Assembly (NCBI RefSeq): GCF_026210795.1
Contig: NC_089436.1
Coordinates: forward strand, 1-64,000
DNA from: Rhizophagus irregularis
Lineage: Eukaryota
DNA length: 64,000 nt
Reading direction: 5' to 3'
A model generated the notes under the pieces. The model had not been told where the DNA came from. It saw nothing but the letters and a program-made list of their open reading frames with translations, and ran no database searches. A program made the position numbers and the translations under genes. Positions 38,659 through 50,500 of this stretch are shown in pieces; the first letter of the stretch is position 1; every line of letters starts with the position of its first letter.

Positions 38659-41600
38659 ATGATGGACAACAATAAACATAATTTTTCCCCTCACCCCTCT
38701 CCCCTTATCAAATTTGGTCAATTAAATGTTAATGGTTTATGCTCCCCTGTTCGACAACAACATTTGCTTAATTTTTTTCTTCACTCCTCTTTTGGTGCTT
38801 TATCTATTAATGATACGCGTCTTTCCCCTTCAAATGCTAAATTTATTTTCAAAAATGAACACTCCCAACATCACTTTAAGTCCTATTGGGCTTGTTCATC
38901 TTCTTCTTCTCGTCCTCATGATGGTGTTGGTATTTTGTTACGTAATCCCCTTCATAAACATGTTCAAACAATTGATCCTTGGAACGGTCGACTTCTTAAA
39001 TTAGATTTGTTCTTTCATCAAACTAAAATTTCTATTATTTCTATATATCATCCCCCTTCTGGTTCTGTTCATCAATCTATTTGCAATGATCTTATTGCCA
39101 AACTTCTTTCTTGGCTCGATTATGCCCGAGCTAATAATTATTTTGTAGTTATTCTTGGCGATTTCAATGCTGATGTAATCGCTCATTCTAATTATTCACC
39201 TAATCATTTTAAGCTTCTTCGCTTGCTTTCTTCTCGGTTTTTTACCGATCATCAAGCTCACTCTTCTACACATGGTCCTGATCCCACTTTCTTTCATGAT
39301 AATGGATCTTCTAGACTGGATTATATCTGGTCTTCACCTGGTTTTCCTGCCCCTGGTCTTTTTTCGCAAGTGGTTACTTGCCCGGATCTTTTTGATCGTC
39401 CTTTCACAGATCACAAAGCTCTTTCAACTGTTTTTGACTTTAGTTCTTGCCTGGCTATCTTGGCTAAATCTCGTCTTAAACAAAAAAAAGAATTGCGTAC
39501 TATTTTCTCTTACGCTTCCACTTCAGTTGAACAATGGAATAATTTTACCACTGAAGTTGATGATTCTCTTGGAGTTTATTTAGATAGACAATATCACCCT
39601 AATTTTGATTTCTCCTCTCTTTCTCTTGATCGTATGTGGCATGCATTGAAAGCTGCCATTATTAGTGCTGCAATTGAAACTTTACCCTTTCAAAAAGTCT
39701 CCAATACACACCGACATTCGTACTCTCCTGAATTAACTAAACTTATTGCTATTAACAAGTTTTTAGATCGATTTTTATATCGCCTTACTACTCGTCGTTC
39801 TAATCGGCCTACTCAGACTGCGCAAATGATTGCCGCTTTGCCTTCCCATCTTGAAAATCTTGCATCCTTACTCCCTGATTACTCAGTTCCTACCTATTCT
39901 ACTACCCCTGCTTCTGTATTTAAATCGTTTTTACGATCACAGAAGAATTTAGTTTCTGCCTTTTTATCTACTAAATTCGCCCAACACCTTACGGACTCAG
40001 TGGAATATTATACTGCACTACGTGATGAACACTTTTCGAACTCGCTCGGCACCTTTATCGATTCTGCCTTATCAGTAGAAAAACGTTCAATTGTTCTTGA
40101 CCGTGTCCTGGTCGTTTTGGACTCAACTCCTACTTTATTAACGGATCCTTCGGATATTAAACATGCGGCTGTTTCTCATTTTCAATCAATTGTTTCTCCT
40201 CCGTTGGTCCACTATTCTTCCATCACTTCATTTCCCGCCCGATGGCAACAAGCTTACACTCCTCTTACAAATGTGTCTGCTTCATTATATGATCCTGTTT
40301 TGGCGCCTATTTCCCTACAAGAATGGTCTGCTGTGATTTCCTCCATGCCAAATAACAAAGCTTCCGGCCCTTCAAAAATTTCTTATGAGATGATTAAACA
40401 TCTGTCCGGTGAAGCCTTGGATTTCTCTCTTTTACTGGCCAATACCTGCCTTTCTCGCGGTGATATTCCTGCTGACTGGCGTGAAGCTGTGGTTTATCCT
40501 ATTCCTAAACCTCACGAATTTGATGCTCAACTCAAGAACACTCGACCTATTACTCTTCTGGAAACAGTTCGAAAATGTGTAGTTAAGGTCGTCACGAATC
40601 GTCTCTCCAACATTCTTGCTGATAATAAAGTTCTCCAAGGTGGTAACTTTGCTGGCTTACCTGGTGGTTCTACTGATGTCCCTATCAAAATGCTTGATGC
40701 GATTATCCATCAACATAAACATGACTCTACTGATGATCAGGAACTATGGATCGTTTCTCAAGACATCTCTAAAGCTTTTGATTCTATGGATTTAAATATG
40801 CTTAAATTAGCTTTAGATAGGTTACATATCCCTGCACTTTTAGTGCGATTTATTTTAAATCTTTTTACACGACGAAATAATAAGATAATCACTTGTCATG
40901 GCGACACAGCTGCTTATAGAGTACATGTTGGTATCGATCAAGGAGAAATCATTTCCCCTCTTCTTTGGGTTATTTATTTGGATCCCTTACTTACTGTTTT
41001 GAATCAAGAAGCACGAGATCCTTTTATTTTAAAATCTTCAGCTCTTTTACATTATTCTCCACTTGAATTTGAACAACATTCTTTACCAGTTTCACATTTA
41101 ACGTTTATGGATGATTCTACACTTATTGCCTCTTCCAAATCTGGAATAGTAGACCGTCTTTCTATTACTGCTGAATTTTATACTTTAAATAATGTTCAAG
41201 CTAATTCAGCAAAATATGTTCTTCTTTCATCCTCTTCGCCTTCTTCAAATATTATTTTTGAACTTTTACCTTCTTCTTTAGTTTCCGATACTTCTCTTTC
41301 CCTTTCCTCTTTATCTCTTAATACTTCATTTCGTTTCTTAGGAGTTTGGTTTTCCTTGTCCGCCTCTTCCGCCTTTGTTTTGAAACAAGCGCGCTCCATG
41401 GTTAAAGATATGGCTGCTCTTCTGGGCCCGAAGAAATTATTAGCTCAACATGTGGCCTATCTCTATAATGCTGTCCTTCTTCCGCGATTGGAATTTCGTC
41501 TTCAAACTACCCTTTTCTCTGAAAGTACTATTCAATCAATTGTTAAACCTATGTTTTCAGTACTTCGAAGAAAAGCTGGTCTTGCTACGACTACTCCGTT

Positions 41601-44046
41601 GCCCTTGTTATTTCTCAAACTTCCTTTTTCGATTCAAAATGCTTTCTATCGCTTTCTTTCTTCCCATATGGCATCTTGGCAAAAAATTTTCACTCATCCT
41701 GATTTCAAAGACTTTGCTCTTTATGCTATCTCCTTTCTTCAAGGATATTTGGGTGCTGAAAGTTGCCCGACTACTATTAACTTAGAACCATGGTCGCAGA
41801 TCGTTTCTTTGCGAACGCACACTTTGTTCAATTCGTTATTGTTTTCTTCGCGTTTGAACATCACGTGGTCTCTCTCCTTCCGGCCTCCGAGGCATGATCT
41901 GCAACCTGCTCTGCCACTCCGGTCTATTCTACCTCATTCCATTTTTCAATCGAGTTGGAAACTTTGGAAAAACTTGAATATATTTGTGCTTGCTCAGTTG
42001 GTTTCTCCTTGTGGACGTTACCTTATGAATTGGCCTGACCTTCGTTATCTTGGCATCGTTGGTCGTAAAGGACGGATCCCTAATTGGTTTACTTTTATCA
42101 ATAATAATTTTCTCTCTTCTTCTTCTTCTACTTTACTTTTATCTTCATATTTTATTAATTCTTCTTTTACTTTAGCTTCTCCTTGTTTATTAGATCATAC
42201 TGTTAAAGATTATTCTTTTTATCCTCAATGGGCTATTACTTTTGACTCTGCTACCCAAACTTTATCTGTTGGTCGTGTGTGTATCACTTATAAGAAACAA
42301 AACTCGGCTATTATGTCTCATTGGCTTCCTGTATCTACCTCGGCTGATGAACGATCCTATGACCCTTGTCCCGGTTGTGCTCTCAACATTCCCGCCTTAT
42401 CCATGAAATCTGCCATCAGACAACGCTGTAATAGCGAGAAATGCTTTTTTAATGTAACTCTATCAGATACTGTGGGCTATCCTACCAGAAATGCCAAAGT
42501 TTTCGCGGCTTACCTTCCCATTACTCTATCTACTTCATGGAGTTATGCGACTTCCTTGGCTCTTGTTCAATTTTCAAACGCGTCTCCTGTTCTTTCTCCT
42601 CTCTTTAAGGATAGAATCGATAGAATTGAAGACACTATTTTACCACTTTCGGTGCAATCTTTGTACACAGATGGTTCGTTCCATCCTGCCAATGATTCTT
42701 CGCCCTCTTCCATGACTTCTGCTTGGATTGCTCTTGATGATGTTGGACTTGTTCTGGAATCTTCTTCCATGCACCTCCCTTCTTACTTTCCTTCCGCTTT
42801 GCGTTCTGAAATTTCTGCTGTTCTATTAGGATTGAACGCCCTTTCCCGTGATTCGTCAATCTTTATTCATACTGATTGTAGTCAGTTAATTTCACTATGG
42901 ACATGGTTTGTTGATGCCCCTTTCTCACCGAAGTTGCTCCGAGAACCTAATCATCTTCTTTGGCTTTCTATTCGACAACTTATCATGGATCGTAATCTTA
43001 ATGTCGAATTGATTAAAGTCCCTGCTCATGGCGATGATATCTACAATATACAAGCGGATTCTTTGGCAAAAGATGCTCATTCGTCTTTACAACCCACTAC
43101 TCTACTTTCAACATTTTGTTATGCTCCATGCTTGTTGACTTTTAACTCCTTACCTATTGACGTGAATATTCGACATTTTCTCCGCTCTATTGCAGATGCT
43201 CGTGCTCTTTTATCTTTCTGTTCGCTAGCGCGTTTTACTGCTCTTGGTTCTCCTTCACTTTTTGATTGGGCTGGTATATATTTTTGCCTTTCACAAATTA
43301 AAGGTTTTGCTTCACATAGGAATGGTCGCCCTGAATTTTGGATCTTCCGCATTAAACTTCTTTTGGATATGTTGCCTACTTTAACTACTCTTCAACAACG
43401 TAAACCTTACTTATATTCTCCTGACTGGCTCTGTCCGCAGTGTAATTCTGCTCCTGAAGATTTGAACCATCTTTGGACTTGTCCTTATATTTTACCAGAT
43501 TTAAATCCCTGTTTAACACACCGGTCTGAAGTCATTAAATTTAGAGATTCTTGTTTATCTTCTTTCCTATCCTTGAAATCTTTGGATAATTCCTTTCATA
43601 CCGAGTTCTTTGCTTTGGATTGCTGGAACTATGAAGCTCCTTCTTCATCCTGTCTTTGGCTTACTCGAGGATTGTTGCCTGCGCATTTAACGGCATTTTT
43701 GAATCAATACTTTCCTCTCTCTGTTATATACAAGATTATTTCTCCCCTTCTTAATGACTTCCAAGTCGAATTATATGGTGAAATTTGGCTGTGTCGGAAT
43801 GTTCTTTTCCATGCTTGGGAGGAGTCGCAGGGTATCTCGGCTGCTTCCAAATTACGTGGCCCTTCTACAAATTCTTTCCCTAATACTACTTCTCCACAAC
43901 AACGTAACTCTTCTTTGGCGTCAGTTTCTCAGGATTCCTGGATTTCTTGGATATCCTCTTCTATAATTCGGGGTGGATCTTGGATCTCGCACTTGGATTT
44001 TCTGCGCCGCTTAACAGTTCAACCTCTTAGGATTTCTTTCTGGTAA
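38659..44046 (+). CDS. LINE ORF2: AP endonuclease, reverse transcriptase, RNase H, C-terminal CCHC finger (1795 aa, intact)
   Basis: QLNVNGL, ILGDFNA, RLDYIW, TDH (APE); KASGPS, RPITLL, DISKAFDS, GIDQGEIISP, FMDD, FLGV (RT); YTDGS, RSE, HTDC, KVPAH..N..AD.LAK (RNase H); CPQC...HLWTC. Confidence 0.98.
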   Translation: MMDNNKHNFSPHPSPLIKFGQLNVNGLCSPVRQQHLLNFFLHSSFGALSINDTRLSPSNAKFIFKNEHSQHHFKSYWACSSSSSRPHDGVGILLRNPLHKHVQTIDPWNGRLLKLDLFFHQTKISIISIYHPPSGSVHQSICNDLIAKLLSWLDYARANNYFVVILGDFNADVIAHSNYSPNHFKLLRLLSSRFFTDHQAHSSTHGPDPTFFHDNGSSRLDYIWSSPGFPAPGLFSQVVTCPDLFDRPFTDHKALSTVFDFSSCLAILAKSRLKQKKELRTIFSYASTSVEQWNNFTTEVDDSLGVYLDRQYHPNFDFSSLSLDRMWHALKAAIISAAIETLPFQKVSNTHRHSYSPELTKLIAINKFLDRFLYRLTTRRSNRPTQTAQMIAALPSHLENLASLLPDYSVPTYSTTPASVFKSFLRSQKNLVSAFLSTKFAQHLTDSVEYYTALRDEHFSNSLGTFIDSALSVEKRSIVLDRVLVVLDSTPTLLTDPSDIKHAAVSHFQSIVSPPLVHYSSITSFPARWQQAYTPLTNVSASLYDPVLAPISLQEWSAVISSMPNNKASGPSKISYEMIKHLSGEALDFSLLLANTCLSRGDIPADWREAVVYPIPKPHEFDAQLKNTRPITLLETVRKCVVKVVTNRLSNILADNKVLQGGNFAGLPGGSTDVPIKMLDAIIHQHKHDSTDDQELWIVSQDISKAFDSMDLNMLKLALDRLHIPALLVRFILNLFTRRNNKIITCHGDTAAYRVHVGIDQGEIISPLLWVIYLDPLLTVLNQEARDPFILKSSALLHYSPLEFEQHSLPVSHLTFMDDSTLIASSKSGIVDRLSITAEFYTLNNVQANSAKYVLLSSSSPSSNIIFELLPSSLVSDTSLSLSSLSLNTSFRFLGVWFSLSASSAFVLKQARSMVKDMAALLGPKKLLAQHVAYLYNAVLLPRLEFRLQTTLFSESTIQSIVKPMFSVLRRKAGLATTTPLPLLFLKLPFSIQNAFYRFLSSHMASWQKIFTHPDFKDFALYAISFLQGYLGAESCPTTINLEPWSQIVSLRTHTLFNSLLFSSRLNITWSLSFRPPRHDLQPALPLRSILPHSIFQSSWKLWKNLNIFVLAQLVSPCGRYLMNWPDLRYLGIVGRKGRIPNWFTFINNNFLSSSSSTLLLSSYFINSSFTLASPCLLDHTVKDYSFYPQWAITFDSATQTLSVGRVCITYKKQNSAIMSHWLPVSTSADERSYDPCPGCALNIPALSMKSAIRQRCNSEKCFFNVTLSDTVGYPTRNAKVFAAYLPITLSTSWSYATSLALVQFSNASPVLSPLFKDRIDRIEDTILPLSVQSLYTDGSFHPANDSSPSSMTSAWIALDDVGLVLESSSMHLPSYFPSALRSEISAVLLGLNALSRDSSIFIHTDCSQLISLWTWFVDAPFSPKLLREPNHLLWLSIRQLIMDRNLNVELIKVPAHGDDIYNIQADSLAKDAHSSLQPTTLLSTFCYAPCLLTFNSLPIDVNIRHFLRSIADARALLSFCSLARFTALGSPSLFDWAGIYFCLSQIKGFASHRNGRPEFWIFRIKLLLDMLPTLTTLQQRKPYLYSPDWLCPQCNSAPEDLNHLWTCPYILPDLNPCLTHRSEVIKFRDSCLSSFLSLKSLDNSFHTEFFALDCWNYEAPSSSCLWLTRGLLPAHLTAFLNQYFPLSVIYKIISPLLNDFQVELYGEIWLCRNVLFHAWEESQGISAASKLRGPSTNSFPNTTSPQQRNSSLASVSQDSWISWISSSIIRGGSWISHLDFLRRLTVQPLRISFW

Positions 44047-44315
44047 CGGACTGGATTTTTGGATGTTGGATAGTTGACTCACACTGGCCTTCGGGTAAAG
44101 TTGGGGTATGCGATTCTGTAATAGTTCAGTTTTTCTTTGCTTTAAATATATTTTAGTTTAGATTTCTTTACTTGTATGAGTCGTGAAGCTACTCTTTTTA
44201 TTTTTTATTAGTTTATTTTCTTATTTTTGTAATATTGTTCGATCACTTTTCGAAGTCCAAAGTATAAATAAAAGATAAAGTCATAAGACTGTTTGCACAG
44301 GAAAAGGATAAAACT

Positions 44316-44729
44316 TGAGTGGTCACTACAAAGTATACCACTTGGGGTAAACAACTGTACTATCGGTACTAGGTAATCGCGGGCTGTAGTGGCCTTTGAG
44401 TGAGACTTAGTACCTAAAATGGTGGTATGGAAGGGTACTAGATGGTTGATGTTACCTGTCGAAAGTCCTCCATGAAAGTAGATGCTCTCTAAAGGTCGTA
44501 AAATAAATTGAGTATTAGTATCATGCAATGGGTATAGGATGAGTAGGCGGCGTGTACCTAGCTTCAGATCAGCCTAAAATGGCCCGATGGGGGATGTCTT
44601 CTATAGTGGTGCTGTTACCTGAGGAATTAAGTACTCGGTTTAATGGTTGCCCATTGAAGATGATAGGACACAGACCCGAGATTAGTCTCATAAGAGGCAA
44701 TGGGTGGTCTGGCCGTAAACACTTGCAAA
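44316..44729 (+). mobile_element. 5'-truncated copy of SINE-like non-coding retroelement
   Basis: Near-identical to 45313-45726, flanked by the 16-bp target on both sides. Confidence 0.85.
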
Positions 44730-44745
44730 GGAAAAGGATAAAACT

Positions 44746-45726
44746 AGGGTTGGTCACCCTATCTCGGTGGTTAGTCACTGAGACCCTCATTAAGCCTGAG
44801 TATGGTGAGGTCGCAGGTTCGATTCCTATGACCACGGAAATAAAAAGAATTTTACTGCGGACGCTACAACCAATAGCGTGAAGGTACAGGGATTAGTGTA
44901 GTTGGACTGCATCGTGTGGTAATTAGTGTGTACGGTTAGGCCGCGCATTTCAACTAAGGGTCGCTGGTGTCCTTGCGTTCCCTATGAGGCCATTGGCATG
45001 CGCGCAGTCCTGTCCTTGAGGTCACTACTATACCTTGGGGGACTTCCTGTCCGGGTGGTCACTCTACGATACCGCTTGGGGTCAGTAATGGCTAGATGGT
45101 TGTCCTAGATGGTAAAGCTGAGGGTGCAATGTCTTAGTGGTAGTTAGACCTTCTGTTAGGGGTCTTAGGGACCAACCAAGGTGTTCGTGCACAGAACAGG
45201 TAGCATGGCTATGGGGTTCGATTCCCTACTCCTTGGGTCCTGGTTGGTGATCCCTGGTGGTTGATACCCACCATAAGGGGTGATCCTGGACAGATGCCTG
45301 CTACTTCCTGTCCGAGTGGTCACTACAAAAGTATACCACTTGGGGTAAACAACTGTACTATCGGTGCTAGGTAATCGCGGGCTGTAGTGGCCTTTGAGTG
45401 AGACTTAGTACCTAAAATGGTGGTATGGAAGGGTACTAGATGGTTGATGTTACCTGTCGAAAGTCCTCCATGAAAGTAGATGCTCTCTAAAGGTCGTTAA
45501 ATAAATTGAGTATCAGTCGATCATGCAATGGGTATAGGATGAGTAGGCGGCGTGTACCTAGCTTCAGATCAGCCTAAATGGCCCGATGGGGGATGTCTTC
45601 ATAGTGGTGCTGTTACCTGAGGAATTAAGTACTCGGTTTAATGGTTGCCCATTGAAGATGATAGGACACGACCCGAGATTAGTCTCATAAGAGGCAATGG
45701 GTGGTCTGGCCGTAAACACTTGCAAA
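44746..45726 (+). mobile_element. ~980-bp GC-rich SINE-like non-coding retroelement with two tRNA-type B boxes
   Basis: GGTTCGATTCC at 44816-44826 and 45215-45225, A-box-like TGGCTAGATGG/TGTCTTAGTGG, many stem-loops and no convincing ORF. Flanked by the 16-bp target (44730-44745, 45727-45742). Its 3' end TTGCAAA resembles the LINE 3' end TTGCACA. Confidence 0.8.
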
Positions 45727-46399
45727 GGAAAAGGATAAAACTACCACCATTCGATTCGTCTCAGTGAGACGATTCTAACAAGCTATGGTACATCTTTGTA
45801 CGATTATTAGATGCCAAGTTATTTAATATATTCTTTATATAACTGTGATTATAAACGGTTCTTTTTAATATAAGATTTTTGAGGATAGGTGTGATAGTGA
45901 CTATAGATAGATTGTGACTATATAGGATAGATTTTAATAATAAAGTGTTTTGAACATTCAACTGGTGTGACTATATAGTAGAATGTGACTATAACGGGAG
46001 TGACTATAGAGGGAGTTGACTGTATTATAAAGAATATTCCAAATTGCGGTTTGATATCGAACGAACGCCAAATCAAGTGAAACGATAGAATAGACTATCA
46101 CATAGTATTTTAAATCAGGAAGATTTTTCGAATCAACCTAAACCCTTCTTGTTACATGGACGCAATATAAAAATGGTAAAAAATTCAATTCCATAGTATT
46201 TAAACAGATACAATACGTCACCGAAAAATATTTTAAAGAAAAAACACGCTCGGAAGGCATGAATGTGATTTTTCGTCATATACCACATCCATCGCATTCA
46301 TTAATAAGAATTCGGGACAATTTCCTTAATAAATTTTTTTTAAAGTACAAACCCTGATCAGTAAAATTTTCTTATTACTAACGTCCAATTTAAATTACG

Positions 46400-47460
46400 A
46401 TCATCAATAAAAATTCGCGCGAAATTTTCTTAATAGTATTTAATTTTTAAAGCGCAAAATACCGCTTAATTTTAATGTTCAAAGTCCGATCTACTGCTTA
46501 ATTTAAGAAAAATTCGCGAGAATTTTCCTTAATACCGCTTAATTTTAATGTTCAAAGTCCGATCTACTGCTTAATTTAAGAAAAATTCGCGAGAATTTTC
46601 CTTAATGCCGCTTAATTTTAATGTTCAAAGTCCGATCTACTGCTTAATTTAAGAAAAATTCGCGAGTATTTTCCTTAATATCGTTGAATTTTTAGGTCTG
46701 ATTATTTTAAGTTCAAACTATAAGAAATCTGTATATGGAAATGATACATTTTATATATATTTGATATACGTTTTTATAAATTCCGTATTAAATTCCGTAT
46801 ACGGTAAAAAATAAAAATAAAAATAAATTCCGTATACGGTAAACTAAAAATCACGATTTCAAGAAAAATTCTTGCAAATTTTTCTTGATACCGCTTATTT
46901 TAAAGTTTAAATAAATTGAAATCACGATTTTTTAAGAAAAATTCTTGCGAATTTTTCTTGATACTGCTTATTTTTAAAGTTTAAAGACCGATTAGTAAAC
47001 TAAAATCACGATTTTAAGAAAAATTCTTGCGAATTTTTCTTGATACCGCTTATTTTAAAGTTTAAATAAATTGAAATCACAATTTTTTAAGAAAAATTCT
47101 TGCGAATTTTTCTTGATACTGCTTATTTTTAAAGTTTAAATAAATTGAAATCACGATTTTTTAAGAAAAATTCTTGCGAATTTTTCTTGATACTGCTTAT
47201 TTTTAAAGTTTAAAGACCGATTAGTAAACTAAAATCACGATTTTAAGAAAAATTCTTGTGAATTTTTCTTGATACCGCTTATTTTAAAGTTTAAATAAAT
47301 TGAAATCACGATTTTTTAAGAAAAATTCTTGCGAATTTTTCTTGATACTTCTTATTTTAAAGTTTAAAGACCGATTAGTAAATTTAAATTGCGATCACTA
47401 AGAAAAATTCGTGAATTTACTAATCGCGATCACTAAGAAAAATTAGCGAGAATTTCTTAT
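46400..47460. repeat. Tandem arrays built on the palindrome AAGAAAAATTC-N(4-5)-GAATTTTTCTT (probable CACTA subterminal repeats)
   Basis: 78-bp units at 46460-46680 and alternating ~73/82-bp units at 46845-47400. Confidence 0.9.
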
Positions 47461-47550
47461 TTATGTAAATTCAAAGAAAAAAAAATTTAAGCAAATATTT
47501 CTTATTTATTAGAGAATTAATAATATGAATTTTCAAGGTAAAGGTTTTTA

Positions 47551-50500
47551 TTACCAATTTTCATATTTATCTATTATATAATAATATTTTTTTTTTCAAG
47601 GAATACTTCAAAAAATCCGACATTTCTATCAATACCAATTACTTCCACATATTGTAAAGGACCAAAACTATCAAAAAATTTTAAATTCACACTACTATTT
47701 TTCTCTAATTTTTTGATTTTTCGAATATATGCAAACATTCGCTTTTGATTTTGAAATTCATGAACCATAAAATATTCAATTTGTCCAAAAATTTCTTCTT
47801 CTCTCAAATTTAGAGGAGCACGGTAATTTCTTTCTTGTAAGTCAACAGTTAAATTAATCTATATAATAAAATTATCTTATTAATATTTTGAATTTTGAAT
47901 ATATAATGAAACAATAATAATAATTAATATATTTATTTCTTACAGCGACGCAAAAATCATTTCGACTACTATCATTTTCTTTTTTCCACCACTTAGATGA
48001 TATAATGTTACCATCCTTTGTACGAAGTTTTCCATACTTAGCATAGTTTTTTTTAATGTCCTATATAAAAAAAATTATATATTATTTTTTTTAAAAAAGA
48101 ATATTCTTATACATATTATTATGTGAGTTATAATATAAAATCACCGTAATTTCGCTAGTATTCTTTTGAAATATAGCTGCATAACATTGCTTTAACTTTA
48201 TGACTTCATTTTTTGTTAATACACAATTAACAAATGGTGAATAAAATTCGTATTCGTGAACATATAATTCATTAGAATATACTCTATGCACCGGCCATGT
48301 TTTTTTTCTTTTTCTTTAAAATTGGAAAAAACTTTTTCATTATATATTGGTAAAAGTTGCAGATACTTAAATCTTTCTTGCATCAACACATTATTAAACA
48401 AATTCACATATGGTAGTTTTCGAGAGCTAACAAGTGGAATTAACATTCCACAAAACCTCTCCATCGGAAACTGCCAAAATTCACGACAAGGGCCAAAGTC
48501 TTCAATCGAATCTATTACATGTAATAAATAATGAAAAGAAATTAAAAATGCCGGTAATCTTTCTCCTCCAACGCCATATGAACTATTGCACAAAAAAATT
48601 CACGCGATCAATAAAAATATCGTTTAAAGAAAAAGGCATATATAAATTTCATAAGAAAATTACTTTGCATAATGATTGTAAAATTCTATTAATAAATTTC
48701 GAATTAAATCTAGCTCTTCAAATTCTATTAGAGGTTGAATGCATAACTTGACAGCTTCAACAAATCTTGACCATCCTTAGAGGTTACTATTATTTTAAGT
48801 TAAATAATGATATCAGCAGACTTTTTATTATTTTATCTGCCAACAATTTGATTTTTTTTATTACCTTTGCGGCAATCGCCCTTTTAGTAATGGTAAAGAG
48901 AATAAAATGATCCAATTAGCCCACTCTACAGCTTTAAACCCAGCTGAATGTTTAACGATATTGCGTGGAGGACGTCCAATATCAGGTGGCATATGAGATC
49001 TACTTCGTTCCATGATTTCACCAATTTCAACCCATGTTTTAGAACTTATTGTATATTCATTTGAGTTCCATTCATTATTTTTTGGATAGAATTTTCCTAT
49101 CCAATGTCGAAACATATGGGGTGCAACATTTTCGAAAAAAAGGTGCATTATATCTACTGGAAATGAACGTGGAAAATTTATAGAAAATAACTCAAATAAA
49201 ATACTCTTTCCTTTAATTCCTAATTTTTTTATTAAACAAAAAATTTTTAAAATTGAGAAAATATATTAATATTAATTACTAAGAATTTATTTTTATTTTA
49301 AAATATTGGACCAACCGCAATCACGTATATAAGTTTCTCTACGATCTTCCTCCAGACGTTCTATTTGATTTGTGCTATTCAGTATTTCATCATGTGTTCG
49401 AATTGGTAATCGTTTAGGATCAATATTTTGTTGCAATGGATAATACACATGTCTATTCGTTTCATTTAAAGTCCCTCGAAGATTACAAAATCTGCAACCT
49501 GAGTATGAATTATGTCCTGTTAAACATAGAACTTTTGAAAGGGCAGGGATATCGCCGGTCCAAGCCAGAATGTGAGCACGTAGAGTAAACTGTTCCTCTT
49601 TGTTACCATCGTAACAAGAGATTCCATCTGTAAATATTAAAAATATTATTAATAAATATTACATTTATTACGTACCATTTATTTAAAATATACCTTGTAA
49701 GGATTTCATTTCTTGAATTAATGGATAGAGAAATGAATTAAAATCTTTAGGTTGTTTTGGCCTCAGGATTATTAAAGTTACCATTAAATTTTCTTTCTTT
49801 ACTCTTAATTCTTGAGGTAAATTATTATTTAGAAACAGGAACACCCAACAATCATCGGTCTTTTGACGAAATATTTGGTAGCCGTCGCAAGAAGCAGTAA
49901 ATGCGATATCTCTTGGATCGGGAAAATATTCGTCATTTAATAATTCTTGATAAATCTGTCCATCAAAAATGTCACCTATGTTATTATGAGCAAATTCTCC
50001 TTTATTACAAGTATAATTGTGCCTATATAATAGTTCTTTAGATCTTTCAGGGTTTTTAAATTGAAGCTTTAAACGCTCAATTATAGAAATAAAAGGTAGA
50101 TTTTTTCTCGCTTTACCATTACTATAATATCGATCCTCCTTACAAAATTTACATTTTGTTTCATTTTCTAAAACTCCTACGAATGCACAACATGAATTAA
50201 CGCACATATCGTATATTTTTGGTTCAATTCCTACTATTGAACCAAGCTTTCTTTTTACTTTATTAAAACTTATTTTATTTCTATTGAAGGCTTTATATAT
50301 ATTATTAAATGCTGCTTCAGAAAAATTAAAATTCGATTTCACATATAAAAGCCTTAATCCTTCGAACAATTCATTAGAAAAAGTCGTATTATCTAAAAAA
50401 AAGTTGGTAAATTACTAATTTAAAATATTATTATAATTATTTCGAAATTCACCTTCTTTATCATCAGAGGTATCAAACTCTAATTCACTTTGAGAATCAT

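Larger units (their letters stand above)
36463..44299 (+). mobile_element. Full-length non-LTR retrotransposon (LINE; APE-RT-RNase H), no poly(A) tail
   Basis: Two-ORF layout, bounded by the identical 16-mer GGAAAAGGATAAAACT at 36447-36462 and 44300-44315. Confidence 0.95.
35781..46022. mobile_element. Non-autonomous Tc1/mariner (pogo-like) element, ~1 kb, split by 9.3 kb of retroelement insertions
   Basis: TIRs CAGTCAACTC(T/C)CT(T/C)TATAGTCAC at 35781 and ending 46022, TA on both sides, subterminal GTGACTATA repeats. Confidence 0.88.

Noticed and set aside
36583..43966. Numerous short antisense and alternate-frame ORFs over the LINE
   Set aside because: Shadows of ORF1/ORF2 codon usage with no independent motifs.
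44750..45235. Two possible tRNA genes
   Set aside because: B boxes are present, but I could not fold canonical cloverleaves with an anticodon arm; treated as tRNA-derived SINE modules.
44316..45726. LTR pair or group II intron
   Set aside because: The direct repeat is not TG...CA bounded, each copy is individually flanked by the 16-bp target, and no convincing group II domain V was seen.
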